From positions 1-41,124 of IMG/VR virus record IMGVR_UViG_3300017645_000007: 41,124 nucleotides of DNA. One strand, 5' to 3'. Below the pieces are notes generated by a model, which was given only the letters and a program-made list of their open reading frames with translations, ran no database searches and was not told the DNA's origin. A program made the translations under genes and the position numbers. Source of the DNA: a virus. Taxonomy: Duplodnaviria > Caudoviricetes. Numbering within the stretch: position 1 is the stretch's first letter; each line of letters begins with the position of its first letter. Below are positions 15,781 to 25,741 of this stretch, piece after piece.

Positions 15781-16794
15781 TCAGGCCGCCGTTTCCAGTT
15801 TGAGCTGCGTCATCAGTCCACGATCGCCGTCGAGGCTGTGCGTGGCTTCGGAGACGAGCCATTTGCGTGACTGGATCGGGTCGGGGAAGCCGGTGAGCGT
15901 CGTCGGCGCTTCGGGAAAGATGTCGGGGCGGCCGAGGGCGAGGGCCATCTCCAGCTGGGCGGCGCCGCGCTGGATGCGGTTCCACTCGGCCGAGGCGGCG
16001 GCCTTCGCGTCGGCCTCGCTGGCGTAGGTGCGCTTGAGGTGCTTGCGGGTGCCGTCGTCGCCGCCGACTTCCACCGTCTTGCGCTTCGCCGCGTCCTGAT
16101 CGTGCCAGGAGGCGGAGACGCCGGCGTAGGCGTCGCGCTGCACCTCGCTCATCCGATAGGTATCGCCGTCACCGACGCTGATCGCGATGTTGGCGATCGG
16201 CTTGCCGGTCGGCGTCGTGCCCGCCCCGATCGGGGCGAAGATAAGCTTGCCGGCCTTGATGGTGGCTACCGCGTCATAGCGGCGGCCGAGATCGCGCACG
16301 AGCGCCATGTCGCTCTGCGCGGTTTGGCCGAGGACCGGTACGGCGATGCCGGCGAGGGCCTCCGCGCAGGCGGGTTTTAGCCCGTTGGCGGCGGCGACTT
16401 TGGCGACGATCTCGCCGATCGTGGTGTTGTGATAGGCGTCATCCTTGCGGACGCGGTAGCCGGCGGTGAGATCGGCCGATCGCGCGCGGATCGTGTAGAT
16501 GTCGGGCGGGCCTTGCAGCGCCACCTCATCAACGATGTATCGCCCCTTATCGATCAGGCCGACGCGCACGTCCTTGCCTTGCCGCCAGCCGAGCTGGACG
16601 GTGAGCGCCGCACCCGTCTTCGGCCAGGTAAGGCGCCCGTCGTGATTGGTCACCTCGAGATCGAGCTGATCGGCCTCGCCGCCGCGTTTCTCGGTGAGGC
16701 GGAGCGTGAGGAGGCGCGGGGCGATGCGATCGGTGAGGTCTTTGCCATCCAGCGTGACGCGCCAGTCGGCGATATTGGCGAGGCCGCCCATCAA
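15781..16794 (-). CDS. gpD: P2 GpD-like baseplate hub/late control protein
   Basis: EKRGGEADQLDL...LGW...QSDMALVRDLGRRYDAVATIKAG; last gene of the tail operon. Confidence 0.92.
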   Translation of the reverse strand: MMGGLANIADWRVTLDGKDLTDRIAPRLLTLRLTEKRGGEADQLDLEVTNHDGRLTWPKTGAALTVQLGWRQGKDVRVGLIDKGRYIVDEVALQGPPDIYTIRARSADLTAGYRVRKDDAYHNTTIGEIVAKVAAANGLKPACAEALAGIAVPVLGQTAQSDMALVRDLGRRYDAVATIKAGKLIFAPIGAGTTPTGKPIANIAISVGDGDTYRMSEVQRDAYAGVSASWHDQDAAKRKTVEVGGDDGTRKHLKRTYASEADAKAAASAEWNRIQRGAAQLEMALALGRPDIFPEAPTTLTGFPDPIQSRKWLVSEATHSLDGDRGLMTQLKLETAA

Positions 16795-17165
16795 TCGTCC
16801 CGCTCAAGCTGGAGGTTGAAGTCGATGCGGCGCGGTACGCCGTTGTCGACAAACCAGCCCTGCCGCTCATCGAGCGCGACGATGACGAAATTGCCGAACA
16901 CGCGGCCGGCGCCGTCGACCAGCGGCCACGCCTCGCCATCGTCGGCCATCGTGCGCAGCGTCTCGAGCGCGGCCTGTCGGCCGGCGATCTCGGGTACGAG
17001 CGCGCCGCGCAGATTGATGGTATCGGGGCCGGGACCGACATATTGGCTGGCGGGCCGCGCGCCGAATCGCGGGACCGACGTGTGGCGCCAATCGCTGCGC
17101 CGCTCCAACTCGTCGAACAGCGCGGTCGGCAGGTCGAAGACGAAGAGGCCGAGGGCGGCGAGCAT
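16791..17165 (-). CDS. gpU: P2 GpU-like tail protein
   Basis: MLAALGLFVF...QYVGPGPDTINL...RIDFNLQL. Confidence 0.92.
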   Translation of the reverse strand: MLAALGLFVFDLPTALFDELERRSDWRHTSVPRFGARPASQYVGPGPDTINLRGALVPEIAGRQAALETLRTMADDGEAWPLVDGAGRVFGNFVIVALDERQGWFVDNGVPRRIDFNLQLERDD

Positions 17166-19573
17166 CAGGCGTCGTCCGAATAAGAGGAGCGCCGCTCCGC
17201 CTGCTGGCGCTGCTCGCGGCGGTCCAGCTCGCGGGCGACGGCCTGGGCGATGGCGCGCGCGTCGTCACCCGGCTGGGCGTAAATGTGGATTTCGTAGCGG
17301 GGCGCGGCGGCGGCCGGGGCGGATGCGCTCGGCGCTGCGCCGGCGGCGGCGGGGATCACGGGCACGGCGGCGACGGCGGCGGCGGTGACGCCGGTGGCGA
17401 TGCCGCGCATCGCGCGGACGGGCAGCTGCGCGCTGCGCGTCAGGCCCTGGGCGAGACCGGCGGACATGAAACCGCCGAGCTGCGCGAACACGCGGCTGGG
17501 CGATTTAATGCCGAGCTTGGCCCGGAACCAGCCGACGACTTTATCACCGAGACCCGTGATCGTGTCCCGCACCGCCGCGATTTTGCCGGTGATACCGGAA
17601 ATAAGGCCGGTGAGCAGGTGAGCGCCCGCCTCCTTGAAGCGCGTCCACAGGCCGGAGATAAAGGCGAGCGCGCTGCTGAAGGCGGCCTTGATCGTATCCC
17701 AGTGCTTGTAGATCAGATAGGCGGCTCCGCCGATCGCGGCGGCGATCGCGACGAAGACGAGAACCATCGGGTTGGCGAGCATCATCAGGCCGGCGCGGAC
17801 CACGCCGCGCGCTAGCATGAGCATACCGACGCGGACGGCACCGAACAGGCCGGGCAGGATACGCAGGATGCGCAGCTTTTCGGCCGCGAAGGCGAGATAG
17901 CCCCAGCCCTTGACCACCTGACCGCCGATCAGGCCGAGCGCCCCGAATGAAACTAGCGCGGCTGCGCTGGCGGCGCCGATCGTCGCGATGCCGGCGGTAA
18001 TTTTCGGAAAGCGCTGGGCCAAGGTGGTAGCGCGTTCGGCGAGTCCGGAGAAACGGTCCATCGCCGCGCTCGCCCAGGGCAGAAGGCCGTTGCCGATGGC
18101 GTGCCCGAGTGTCTGCGCGCTTGCGGCGAGGCGGGCGGCCTTGGCGTTGGCATCGTCGAGCCGGCCGGCGAAGTCACGCTCGACCTCGCCATTGGCGCGC
18201 AGCGCGTCGGCGCGGATTTGGCGATAGAGGCCGAGGTTCTGGATCAACGGACGCAGCGCGCCCTGGACTTGCATGTCGGAGAAGAGGAAGCTGAGTTTCG
18301 ACAGGTCGCCCTTCAGCGTTTTATTCGTCAGCTCGGCGATGGCCTCCATCGGCGTCTTGCCTTCGGCCGCCGCCTTTTTCATGGAGGCTGGCAGATCGAC
18401 GCCGAACTTCGCGAAATTGTCGATCGCCTGCTTGGTGTTGATCTTGGTTAGCAGGTTCTGAATGTTGTTCGCGGCGGTGGAAGCATCGCCGGTGCCCTTG
18501 CGCGCGATCTCGAGCGCGGCGGCGAGGTCGGCCACCGCCGGCGCGCCGCGCTGTCCCAGCGCCTGCGCCTGGGCGGTCAGCGCGGGGAAATATTGCGCCA
18601 TGTCTTTCAGCTCGAACGCGCCGGCCTTCCCAGCAACGGCCATGATATCGAGCACCTTCGACGTCTGATCGATCGGCACCTTCAGGTTGTCGAACGCGGC
18701 GAAGCTGGCGGCCGAGAGGTCCGCGATCTCGGCCTTGTAGGCGGTGGCGGCCATGCCGATCGGCTTCAGCATGCGCATCGCGACGCGCGGATCGAGGCCC
18801 TTTCCGGCAAGATCGTCAAGGCCCTCGGCGAGCGTGGTGGAGAGCTGGCCTACCTTCGGCCCCAGCGCGTCGAGCTGGCGGCCGAGCGCGGCGCCGGCGG
18901 TGCGCGAAAGGTTCACCTTTTGCGCGATATCCGTCATGCGTGACTGGAAATCGCTGGCGCTCTTGCCGGCGGCGAGGAGCGGAAGGCCGGCGGCGGTGCC
19001 CGACGCCATCGCGCCGACACTGGCGCTCTGGATGCGCGATCCCAGCGCCTGCGTCTTTTCGAACCGCTCCTGTGTCGCGCGGTTACGCTCGAGCTGGGCC
19101 TGCTGATCCTTGAGCTTGCGGGTGGCCTCGTAGACGCGGGTGGCGAGGCGGTCCTCGTGGCGTGCGAGATCGGCGACGTCGACGCCGGCGGCCTCAAGCC
19201 TGCGGCCGACCTTGCCGATCTCTTCGGACGTCGTGCCCAGCCGGCGCTCGAGCGCGGTGGACGCTTTCTCAGCGTTGGCGAGCGCGCGGCTCATATTACC
19301 GGTGGGACCTTCGGACGCGGCGATCGCGGTCTTCAGCCGATCGACCTCAGCGCGCTCCTTTGCGAGCGCGCGGGTGTCGGCGCCGAGGCGCGCCTCGAGC
19401 GTCTTGAGCTTGCCCACCTGCGCCTGGGCGGCGCCGAGCTTCGAGATCTCGGCCTTCGTCTTGGCGATCTCGCCGCTCAGCGCCCTCGATCCGCCGCCGA
19501 GCTTGCGCATCGGTGCGGTCAGCCGGTCGAGCGCGGCGAATTTGACGAGGAGCGAGAGGTTGCGATCGGCCAC
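17165..19573 (-). CDS. gpT: Tail tape measure protein
   Basis: 802 aa Ala-rich; coiled-coil N-terminus, TP901-like core, LGIKSPSRVF motif. Confidence 0.93.
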   Translation of the reverse strand: MADRNLSLLVKFAALDRLTAPMRKLGGGSRALSGEIAKTKAEISKLGAAQAQVGKLKTLEARLGADTRALAKERAEVDRLKTAIAASEGPTGNMSRALANAEKASTALERRLGTTSEEIGKVGRRLEAAGVDVADLARHEDRLATRVYEATRKLKDQQAQLERNRATQERFEKTQALGSRIQSASVGAMASGTAAGLPLLAAGKSASDFQSRMTDIAQKVNLSRTAGAALGRQLDALGPKVGQLSTTLAEGLDDLAGKGLDPRVAMRMLKPIGMAATAYKAEIADLSAASFAAFDNLKVPIDQTSKVLDIMAVAGKAGAFELKDMAQYFPALTAQAQALGQRGAPAVADLAAALEIARKGTGDASTAANNIQNLLTKINTKQAIDNFAKFGVDLPASMKKAAAEGKTPMEAIAELTNKTLKGDLSKLSFLFSDMQVQGALRPLIQNLGLYRQIRADALRANGEVERDFAGRLDDANAKAARLAASAQTLGHAIGNGLLPWASAAMDRFSGLAERATTLAQRFPKITAGIATIGAASAAALVSFGALGLIGGQVVKGWGYLAFAAEKLRILRILPGLFGAVRVGMLMLARGVVRAGLMMLANPMVLVFVAIAAAIGGAAYLIYKHWDTIKAAFSSALAFISGLWTRFKEAGAHLLTGLISGITGKIAAVRDTITGLGDKVVGWFRAKLGIKSPSRVFAQLGGFMSAGLAQGLTRSAQLPVRAMRGIATGVTAAAVAAVPVIPAAAGAAPSASAPAAAAPRYEIHIYAQPGDDARAIAQAVARELDRREQRQQAERRSSYSDDA

Positions 19574-19576
19574 GCG

Positions 19577-19696
19577 TCAGTCCTCCGTTTGGTGGCGCTC
19601 GAGCGCGAGCGCGTGCCAGCGCATCAGCTCGCCCAGCGGCATCGCGGCGCAGACTGCGGGGGTCCAGCCCGCAAAGATGACGAATAAATTCGCCAT
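19577..19696 (-). CDS. GpE' tail assembly chaperone extension (reached by -1 frameshift)
   Basis: MANLFVIFAGWTPAVCAAMPLGELMRWHALALERHQTED; in frame with gpE after -1 slip at TTTTTTG. Confidence 0.85.
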   Translation of the reverse strand: MANLFVIFAGWTPAVCAAMPLGELMRWHALALERHQTED

Positions 19697-19704
19697 CACC
19701 GGCT

Positions 19705-20004
19705 CTATTCGGTCGGGAAGAGCGCCGCCTTCTGCGCCTTCGACAGCAAAAAATCGGTAATGATGTCCCCGATCGCCATCAGATCGGGCAGCTCGATCGC
19801 GGCGGCTTCGACGGGCGAGATCAGCGGCGTCGCGATCCGGGGAAGCAGCTTCAGCAGCTCGTCGACGTCGACCAGGCCGATCTTGGCGAGCGAGAGGCCG
19901 CGCAGATCGCCGGCCACTGGCTTGCGCAGCTGAAGCTCGCCGACTTCCGGCGCATCGCCGACCTTGATCGGCGTCTCGAGCGTGATTTTGCGCAGTTCGG
20001 ACAT
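19705..20004 (-). CDS. gpE: GpE tail assembly chaperone
   Basis: ITLETPI...LRKPVAGDLRGLSL...LLPRI...DFL. Confidence 0.9.
   Translation of the reverse strand: MSELRKITLETPIKVGDAPEVGELQLRKPVAGDLRGLSLAKIGLVDVDELLKLLPRIATPLISPVEAAAIELPDLMAIGDIITDFLLSKAQKAALFPTE
19747..19753 (-). other. Programmed -1 frameshift slippery site TTTTTTG
   Basis: GAT TTT TTG near the end of gpE; the -1 frame is open into gpE', as in P2 E/E'. Confidence 0.85.
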
Positions 20005-20028
20005 GTTCGGGCCTTTCGGGTGGGCGGA

Positions 20029-20541
20029 TCAGGAGAGGAGGAGGGCGGCGCGGATCTCGGCCATCCGGTCGACGCCGTCGATCACGCAGACCAGATTGAT
20101 GAAGTCGATCTCGACCCAGACCTGACGGTTGACCGACAGCTTGTAATAGCTGCAGGCGGTCTTCACGGCCTGCTTGCTGTCGTCGCCGGCCTTGCTGTCA
20201 CCGAGATCGATCTCCTCGTGGCGGCCGCGCACGATGACTTCGACCGCGTCGACCGCGCCGGTGCTGTCGGATTGATAGGCGCCGGCGAAACGGATCTGTT
20301 CCGAATCGATGGCGTTGGACGCGAAGCCCGAGAAAATGGAGGGTACGATCCCGCCATATTCATGCTCGAAATCGATGGCCTTCAGGCCCTTCGACCATTT
20401 GACGGGGCCGAACATGCCGCCGCCCTGATATTCCTCCATATTCATCGAGAGGACGGGGAGCTTGATCGTGGTGGCCTCGCCCACCAGCGGGCCGCCGTTT
20501 ACCGAAACGAGGAAATTCTTGAGCTTGGAGGGGAGCCCCAT
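20029..20541 (-). CDS. gpFII: Tail tube protein FII
   Basis: MGLPSKLKNF...EEYQGGGMFGPV...CSYYKL...EIDFIN. Confidence 0.94.
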   Translation of the reverse strand: MGLPSKLKNFLVSVNGGPLVGEATTIKLPVLSMNMEEYQGGGMFGPVKWSKGLKAIDFEHEYGGIVPSIFSGFASNAIDSEQIRFAGAYQSDSTGAVDAVEVIVRGRHEEIDLGDSKAGDDSKQAVKTACSYYKLSVNRQVWVEIDFINLVCVIDGVDRMAEIRAALLLS

Positions 20542-20582
20542 GGGTCAGGTCCTTTCGAGGAAAGACGGAAAAGCGGCGGCGA

Positions 20583-21728
20583 TCAGCCCGTGAGGCCGTC
20601 GCCGAGGTTGGCGAGATATTTGTCGGTGAGCCGCTGGTTGAGGGTGATGGCCTCGGCCGGCGGGCAAGGCGTGTAATCATAGTCGATGACCAGCTTGCCG
20701 GCGGCGAGATCGGTGGAGGCGTTGTTCGCCGGATCGTACCAGGCGTTGGCGTCGATGATCCGCCCTTGCGCCTTCAGGCTGCGGAAATCGGCGTTGATCG
20801 TCTCCTCAAGGTCGCGGATCAGGCCCGCGGTGATGGGCTTGTCCACCGCCCAGGCCACGCCGTTTGCGATCGAGTCCATCAGCGCCTGGGCGGTGCGGAC
20901 GGTGGACTCGAAGGCGTAGAGCGGCTCGTCGGAGGTGGTGCGATTGCCCCAGAAGCGGAAGCCCTCGCGCCTGATCAGCGTCGTCACCGGCGCGGCGTTG
21001 AGCAGGCCGGCGTCGTTGTTGGCGCTCTGCAGGTCGAAGAAGACGTCTTTCGACAGGCCGGTGACGCCGTTGACCGCGACGTTCGACAGCGTCTTGTGCC
21101 AGCCGGTCTGCTGGTCGATCAGCGCGCGCAGGCCAAGCGCACGGGCGATCGCGTCGCCGCCGGCGGCCGAGAAATCCGGCCAGATCAGCATCAGCTCGCG
21201 CGCGCCGAAATTGTCGCGATATGTGATGGCGCCGGCCACGTCGTTCGCCTGGGCGGCGCAATAGGCCATGCCGCGCAGCCGCTGCGCGATCGTCACGAGC
21301 GCGGTGGCCACCTCCTGCGTGTCGAGCCCGGGCGCGCCGAGGATGCGGGGGCGGACGCCGAGCTGCGCCTCGGCCGCGAGGAGCGCCTGCATCCCCGAGT
21401 AAGCGCCGCCGGCGGACCCGCCTATCACGTTGGTGGTGGTGGCTTCGGCGTCCGCTCCCTCCTCGACACGGACGACGACGATGATCGGCGAGGTCTGGTC
21501 GGCGATCGCGGCGAGCGATTTGGCGAGGGTGCCGTCCTCGCCGGCCTTGCCGAGCGCGGTTCGGACATCGGTGACGAGGGCCGGTTTGTTGAGCGGGAAG
21601 GTGGTGGCGTCGGCGTCTTCAGCGGTCGCGACCAGGCCGATGACGGCCGAGGCAATCTGCTGGATCGGGCGGGCGCCGGAAAGGATCTCCGAAACGCGGA
21701 CGCCATGGTCGATGGAATTCACGGGCAT
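20583..21728 (-). CDS. gpFI: Tail sheath protein FI
   Basis: HGVRV...GVRPRILGAPGLD...GWHKTLSNV...GFRFWGNRT. Confidence 0.95.
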   Translation of the reverse strand: MPVNSIDHGVRVSEILSGARPIQQIASAVIGLVATAEDADATTFPLNKPALVTDVRTALGKAGEDGTLAKSLAAIADQTSPIIVVVRVEEGADAEATTTNVIGGSAGGAYSGMQALLAAEAQLGVRPRILGAPGLDTQEVATALVTIAQRLRGMAYCAAQANDVAGAITYRDNFGARELMLIWPDFSAAGGDAIARALGLRALIDQQTGWHKTLSNVAVNGVTGLSKDVFFDLQSANNDAGLLNAAPVTTLIRREGFRFWGNRTTSDEPLYAFESTVRTAQALMDSIANGVAWAVDKPITAGLIRDLEETINADFRSLKAQGRIIDANAWYDPANNASTDLAAGKLVIDYDYTPCPPAEAITLNQRLTDKYLANLGDGLTG

Positions 21729-21743
21729 GGGCTCTTGCTCCTG

Positions 21744-22103
21744 TCAGGCCGCGCCCAGGCGCAGCGGTACGGTGAGGCGGGTGAAGCTGTTGGCGGCGGG
21801 CCGATCGGTGCGCGCGCCCTCGATCGTCACGACGAAGGCGCCGGACGCCTCGCCGGGATCGATGCCGACGCGGGTAAGGCGGATGCGGGGTTCCCAGCGT
21901 TTGAGGGCGATCGCGGTCGCGGCGTAGATTCGCAGCTTGGTGGCCGCATTGAAGGGAGCGTCGATCAGGTCGAACAGCGCCGAGCCGAAATCGCGGCGCA
22001 TCACGCGCGTGCCGATCGGGGTGGAGAGGATTTTGCCGATCGACTGGGCGAGATGCGCGTCGCCATCGAGGGCGCGGCCGGTGCCGGCATCCATCCCGAT
22101 CAC
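21744..22103 (-). CDS. gpW: Baseplate protein GpW (gp25-like)
   Basis: HLAQSIGKILSTPIGTRVMRRDFGS...WEPRI. Confidence 0.93.
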   Translation of the reverse strand: MIGMDAGTGRALDGDAHLAQSIGKILSTPIGTRVMRRDFGSALFDLIDAPFNAATKLRIYAATAIALKRWEPRIRLTRVGIDPGEASGAFVVTIEGARTDRPAANSFTRLTVPLRLGAA

Positions 22104-22237
22104 GCGAGCACCGCCCAGTCAATCAGCTGCGCACAGCCCCAGCCGGCGAGCATCGTCGCGGCAAGAACAGCCCACGCCGCCGCAATCACGGCGAGCGCGT
22201 GGCGCAGACAGGTGGAAAAGGCAGGGGCAGGCCGCAT
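22100..22237 (-). CDS. Small hydrophobic protein (45 aa), absent from the ORF track
   Basis: MRPAPAFSTCLRHALAVIAAAWAVLAATMLAGWGCAQLIDWAVLA; GTGA overlap with gpW. Confidence 0.45.
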   Translation of the reverse strand: MRPAPAFSTCLRHALAVIAAAWAVLAATMLAGWGCAQLIDWAVLA

Positions 22238-22280
22238 CGCGGCGCATGGTGGCGCGCGATGCGTCCAGGCGCGCGGTCAT

Positions 22281-22309
22281 CGCGTCTTGGAACCGGGCTT
22301 TAGGACGCG
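22281..22309. promoter_or_regulatory. Late-promoter activator (Ogr-type) site, copy 1, upstream of W-FI-FII
   Basis: CGCGTCTTGGAACCGGGCTTTAGGACGCG, imperfect palindrome, repeated at 29509 and 35647. Confidence 0.8.
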
Positions 22310-22316
22310 GCGGTAA

Positions 22317-25220
22317 TCAGGCGAGCTGCTGGGTGCGGAAGGCGGTGACGACCGGGGAGAGCCACGAGCGGAGGCCGACCTTGCTCGACACGGTGACGTC
22401 CTGCGTCGAGATGTCGATCGCCGACCCCGATGGCTCGCCATCGACAAAGCAGCGCACCGTCCGCTTGCCGCCTTCTATTCGGCTCTCGATACGGAGTGTG
22501 AAGTCCTGCCCCGTCGGCCGCGTGCCGAAATTGGCGATGTAATCGGGCGTGCTTCCTTTGTTGAGGCTGATGGTACCATTGTAAGCGATCTGGATGTAAT
22601 AGCTGTCGTCCAGATCATTGAAGCTGAAGGCGATGTAGCCCGGCCAATAATCACCGCTGCTCCATTCGGCGTTCCAGGCGAAATCGACCTCGATTGCAAA
22701 CTGTTCGCCGCCCGCATCGCGATAGAGCACCTCGTTCTGGCGGTGCTTGACGCTGCCGAGAATGCCGGCCGATGCCTGAAAGCTCCCCGGCGTCGTCTCG
22801 TGCCATCCGTTCTCACCGTCGAGGCTGGTCAGGTCGGCGGCGAAATCGTCCTCGAAGACGACCAGGTCGGCAGCCGTGGGCGTGGCGTTCACCGTCTCGA
22901 ACGTGTGGCTCCCCCATGCGTTCGTCATCACCGTCCGCCGGTTGAGGACGTGCCCAACGTCGTCGGCGGTAATGAGATAGGTGGCTTCCGTTGCGCCGTC
23001 GATGTCGGCGTCGGTGTCGGACCAGAACCACTGATGCGAAACCGTCTCCGCGCCGTGGATGCGCGTGTCGTTGACGCCGATCGTCTCATCGACTTCCAGT
23101 GAGCCGGTGAGCGTCGCGGCGCCCGCATAATAAGGCGGCGTTACCCCGGCAATGTAGCTGAGCGCAGCTTGCAGCTTGGGCGCGTCCGCGTCGATCGCCG
23201 ACTGATCAGTTTTCAGCCCCCAGGCACCAGAGGAGCCGGGCCGACTGACGTCGTTGAAATAGAAGAGGATCGAGTCGTCACCGATACGGCGCTTCAATTC
23301 GGCCAGCCACACGCCAGTCCAATATTTGATGCGCGGATCGGCCGCGACTTTGCCGGGGATGGTCGCATCCGAACCAGATGTGTTGGCGGTGACGTGCATC
23401 CCGCCCTCATACATCACATAATCCAGGCCGTTGCTCGCGGCGAGCGCGGCGACATTCGCCGCCCACTGGACCGGCTCGTCGATTGTCGGCCAGACGTCGG
23501 CAAAGACGTCCTCGGCCGACGCGGCGCTATCGATCATGAGGAAGTAGGGCGCGGTGGAGAGCGCGTCCGTCGCCGCGAGCGCGCCGAGGCCGAGCATCGT
23601 CGTAAGATCGTCCGTATTTCCGTTCTGCCAGGCGAGCACGCGGACCAGCCGATCCTCCGCTCCCTCCCACTCGGCCGCTACCAGCCCCATCACCTCCGCA
23701 TGACGAGTGGCGTGCGCGGTAACAACCTTCGTCCAGTCGTCACCGGTGATCCCATGGGCGTTGGCATAGCGGAGCGCCGCCCCATAGCTGTTGAGGCGGG
23801 TGTTCCAGACCTCGTTGCCGAGCTCGACGTGCCATTTGCAGTTCCCCGGAAGATGGGCGCGCATATAGGCAGCCATCGCGCTGACATAAGCGTCCTCAAC
23901 ATCCCACGGAACGCAATTCCAAAGATATTCGTAGCCGGCGAGCGTCGCCAATTCGGCCATGTCTTCCCAACACACGCCATCGAATTTACCCGTTTTACTA
24001 TCGACCAGATCGCCCGGCAGCATTCGATTGGCGAGCGTCTGCGTCTGTTCGGTGTTGAGGTTGGTGTTCTGCCAGTCCATCGTGCGCGCGCCGGCGAATT
24101 GGGAGGCCCAGGCGATGTAGGCCGGGTCGAATGTCGTGCCGGAATCGTTGCCGACCTCCACGCATTTGAGATTGCGGGGCGGATCGGCATTGAAGGCCGC
24201 CGCATCCGCCGGATCATCAAGGGTGAAATCAACGTGCGCGAAGGCGTCTTCGCCCGCACGATCGACCCACGTGAGAGGACAGGTGATTTCATGGTCGCCA
24301 AGCGTGTTCGCGCCCGCCGCAGCGCCACCAATGGAAACCCTCGCACCCGAGCCCCCTTCCCACGTAAACTTCACCGTGGCGGGCGCGATCGGCATCATCA
24401 GCATTTTGTAGATGTTCGTCGCGCCGGACGCCGCCGGAACGACGGCTTCAGGCTCCCCCTTGCTGGTGACGGCCACGCTCGCGCCCTCCCCCTGCGCCGC
24501 CCAGGGCGCATCCTGCGACTGGAGAAGGTCGTTGTAGATTTTCGGCCCCGAATAATAGGTCGATCGGCCGAGATTGACGGCGAAGCGCGCCGCCCCGGGC
24601 TCGCCCGGATCGGCGGCCTCGCTGACGGCGACGGTGAAGGCGCGATCGGCGGTGGCGCCGTGGGCGTCGGTGACGCGCGCGGTGAAGCTGTATTCGCCCG
24701 GATCGAGCAGCGCGCCGGCGGCGGCGCCGGTTTCGGCATCGATCTCGCCGGCGATCGGCAGCGCGCCGGCGGCGAGGGTGAAGCTGTAGGGCGGGTGGCC
24801 GCCGGTAGCGGTGAGCTCGAGCGACCAGGCGGCGCCGCTGACGCCGCCAGCCGCCGCGCCAGCGAGCGCGAGCGGGACGTCGCCGGCCGCGATCGTCACG
24901 GTGACATCGAAATCGGTGACGTTGCCGGCGGTATCGACCGCGCGCAGCGCGCAGACGTAGCTGTCCTTTTCAGGATCGTAGGCTTGCGCCGCCATCGAGA
25001 GCCGCGCGTTGGCGAGGGTGAAGGCGGCGGCATCCGCGCCGCCCATCTTGAGCCAGACGACGGGCTGATCGGCCACGAGCGTCGTCGCGAAGGCCGCGTT
25101 GGCGGCGATCGTGGTTTCGGTCTCCGAGAGGATGGCGGGCGGGGTGCGATCGGGGCCGGCCGATCCGGCCGCCGTCGCGTCGATTTCGAAAATGCGGATG
25201 CCATGCTGAAGGAGGATCAT
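22317..25220 (-). CDS. 967-aa multidomain protein: cadherin/Ig-like + glycoside-hydrolase-like TIM barrel + Ig + lectin-like; probably virion-associated
   Basis: ATG 25220 overlaps the gpV stop; ATGGHPPYSF Ig domain; RTMDWQNTN, VELGNEVWN and YEGGMH motifs; ATYLITADDVGH Ig repeat. Confidence 0.75.
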   Translation of the reverse strand: MILLQHGIRIFEIDATAAGSAGPDRTPPAILSETETTIAANAAFATTLVADQPVVWLKMGGADAAAFTLANARLSMAAQAYDPEKDSYVCALRAVDTAGNVTDFDVTVTIAAGDVPLALAGAAAGGVSGAAWSLELTATGGHPPYSFTLAAGALPIAGEIDAETGAAAGALLDPGEYSFTARVTDAHGATADRAFTVAVSEAADPGEPGAARFAVNLGRSTYYSGPKIYNDLLQSQDAPWAAQGEGASVAVTSKGEPEAVVPAASGATNIYKMLMMPIAPATVKFTWEGGSGARVSIGGAAAGANTLGDHEITCPLTWVDRAGEDAFAHVDFTLDDPADAAAFNADPPRNLKCVEVGNDSGTTFDPAYIAWASQFAGARTMDWQNTNLNTEQTQTLANRMLPGDLVDSKTGKFDGVCWEDMAELATLAGYEYLWNCVPWDVEDAYVSAMAAYMRAHLPGNCKWHVELGNEVWNTRLNSYGAALRYANAHGITGDDWTKVVTAHATRHAEVMGLVAAEWEGAEDRLVRVLAWQNGNTDDLTTMLGLGALAATDALSTAPYFLMIDSAASAEDVFADVWPTIDEPVQWAANVAALAASNGLDYVMYEGGMHVTANTSGSDATIPGKVAADPRIKYWTGVWLAELKRRIGDDSILFYFNDVSRPGSSGAWGLKTDQSAIDADAPKLQAALSYIAGVTPPYYAGAATLTGSLEVDETIGVNDTRIHGAETVSHQWFWSDTDADIDGATEATYLITADDVGHVLNRRTVMTNAWGSHTFETVNATPTAADLVVFEDDFAADLTSLDGENGWHETTPGSFQASAGILGSVKHRQNEVLYRDAGGEQFAIEVDFAWNAEWSSGDYWPGYIAFSFNDLDDSYYIQIAYNGTISLNKGSTPDYIANFGTRPTGQDFTLRIESRIEGGKRTVRCFVDGEPSGSAIDISTQDVTVSSKVGLRSWLSPVVTAFRTQQLA

Positions 25221-25741
25221 TCGGGCTCTCCCGAGGTGTCGGTGCCGGCCCTGACGAGGCCGTGCTTGTGGTGGGCGAGGCTGATGCCGGCGGCGGTGGC
25301 GTCCTCGCTGACGGTGAGCGCACCGGTGATCGAGACGTCGCCCTCGATCGTCAGGCCGGCGGGCGCGACCAGGCGCGCGGCGGCGCCGGCGGGCAGGATC
25401 GCCTCGAGCGCATGCGCCTCCGGATCGTAGGCGAGGACCGCGCCGTCCGAATATTCGATCAGCTCGCGCGCGCTGTCGCCGGCCGGCGGATGGGCGGCCG
25501 AGGCGATGCCGCGCAGCGCGATGCCGGCGGCGATCTCGCCCTCGGCGCAGATCAGGAGGACCTGCTCGCCGGCCGATGGCGGCGACCAGCTGCGCGTCGC
25601 GCCGGCGCGCGCCTCGATCCAGCGGATCGGCCCGGTGACGAGATCGCCGGCGCGAACGGTGCAGCGCGCGGCCGCGAGATCGACCGACTCGATCGAGCCG
25701 AAGCGGATCAGATCGCCGAGATCGCGACGCGCATCCGCCAT
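25217..25741 (-). CDS. gpV: Baseplate spike GpV
   Basis: LIRFGSI...WSPPSAGEQV...ISLAHHKH metal-binding tip. Confidence 0.93.
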   Translation of the reverse strand: MADARRDLGDLIRFGSIESVDLAAARCTVRAGDLVTGPIRWIEARAGATRSWSPPSAGEQVLLICAEGEIAAGIALRGIASAAHPPAGDSARELIEYSDGAVLAYDPEAHALEAILPAGAAARLVAPAGLTIEGDVSITGALTVSEDATAAGISLAHHKHGLVRAGTDTSGEPE

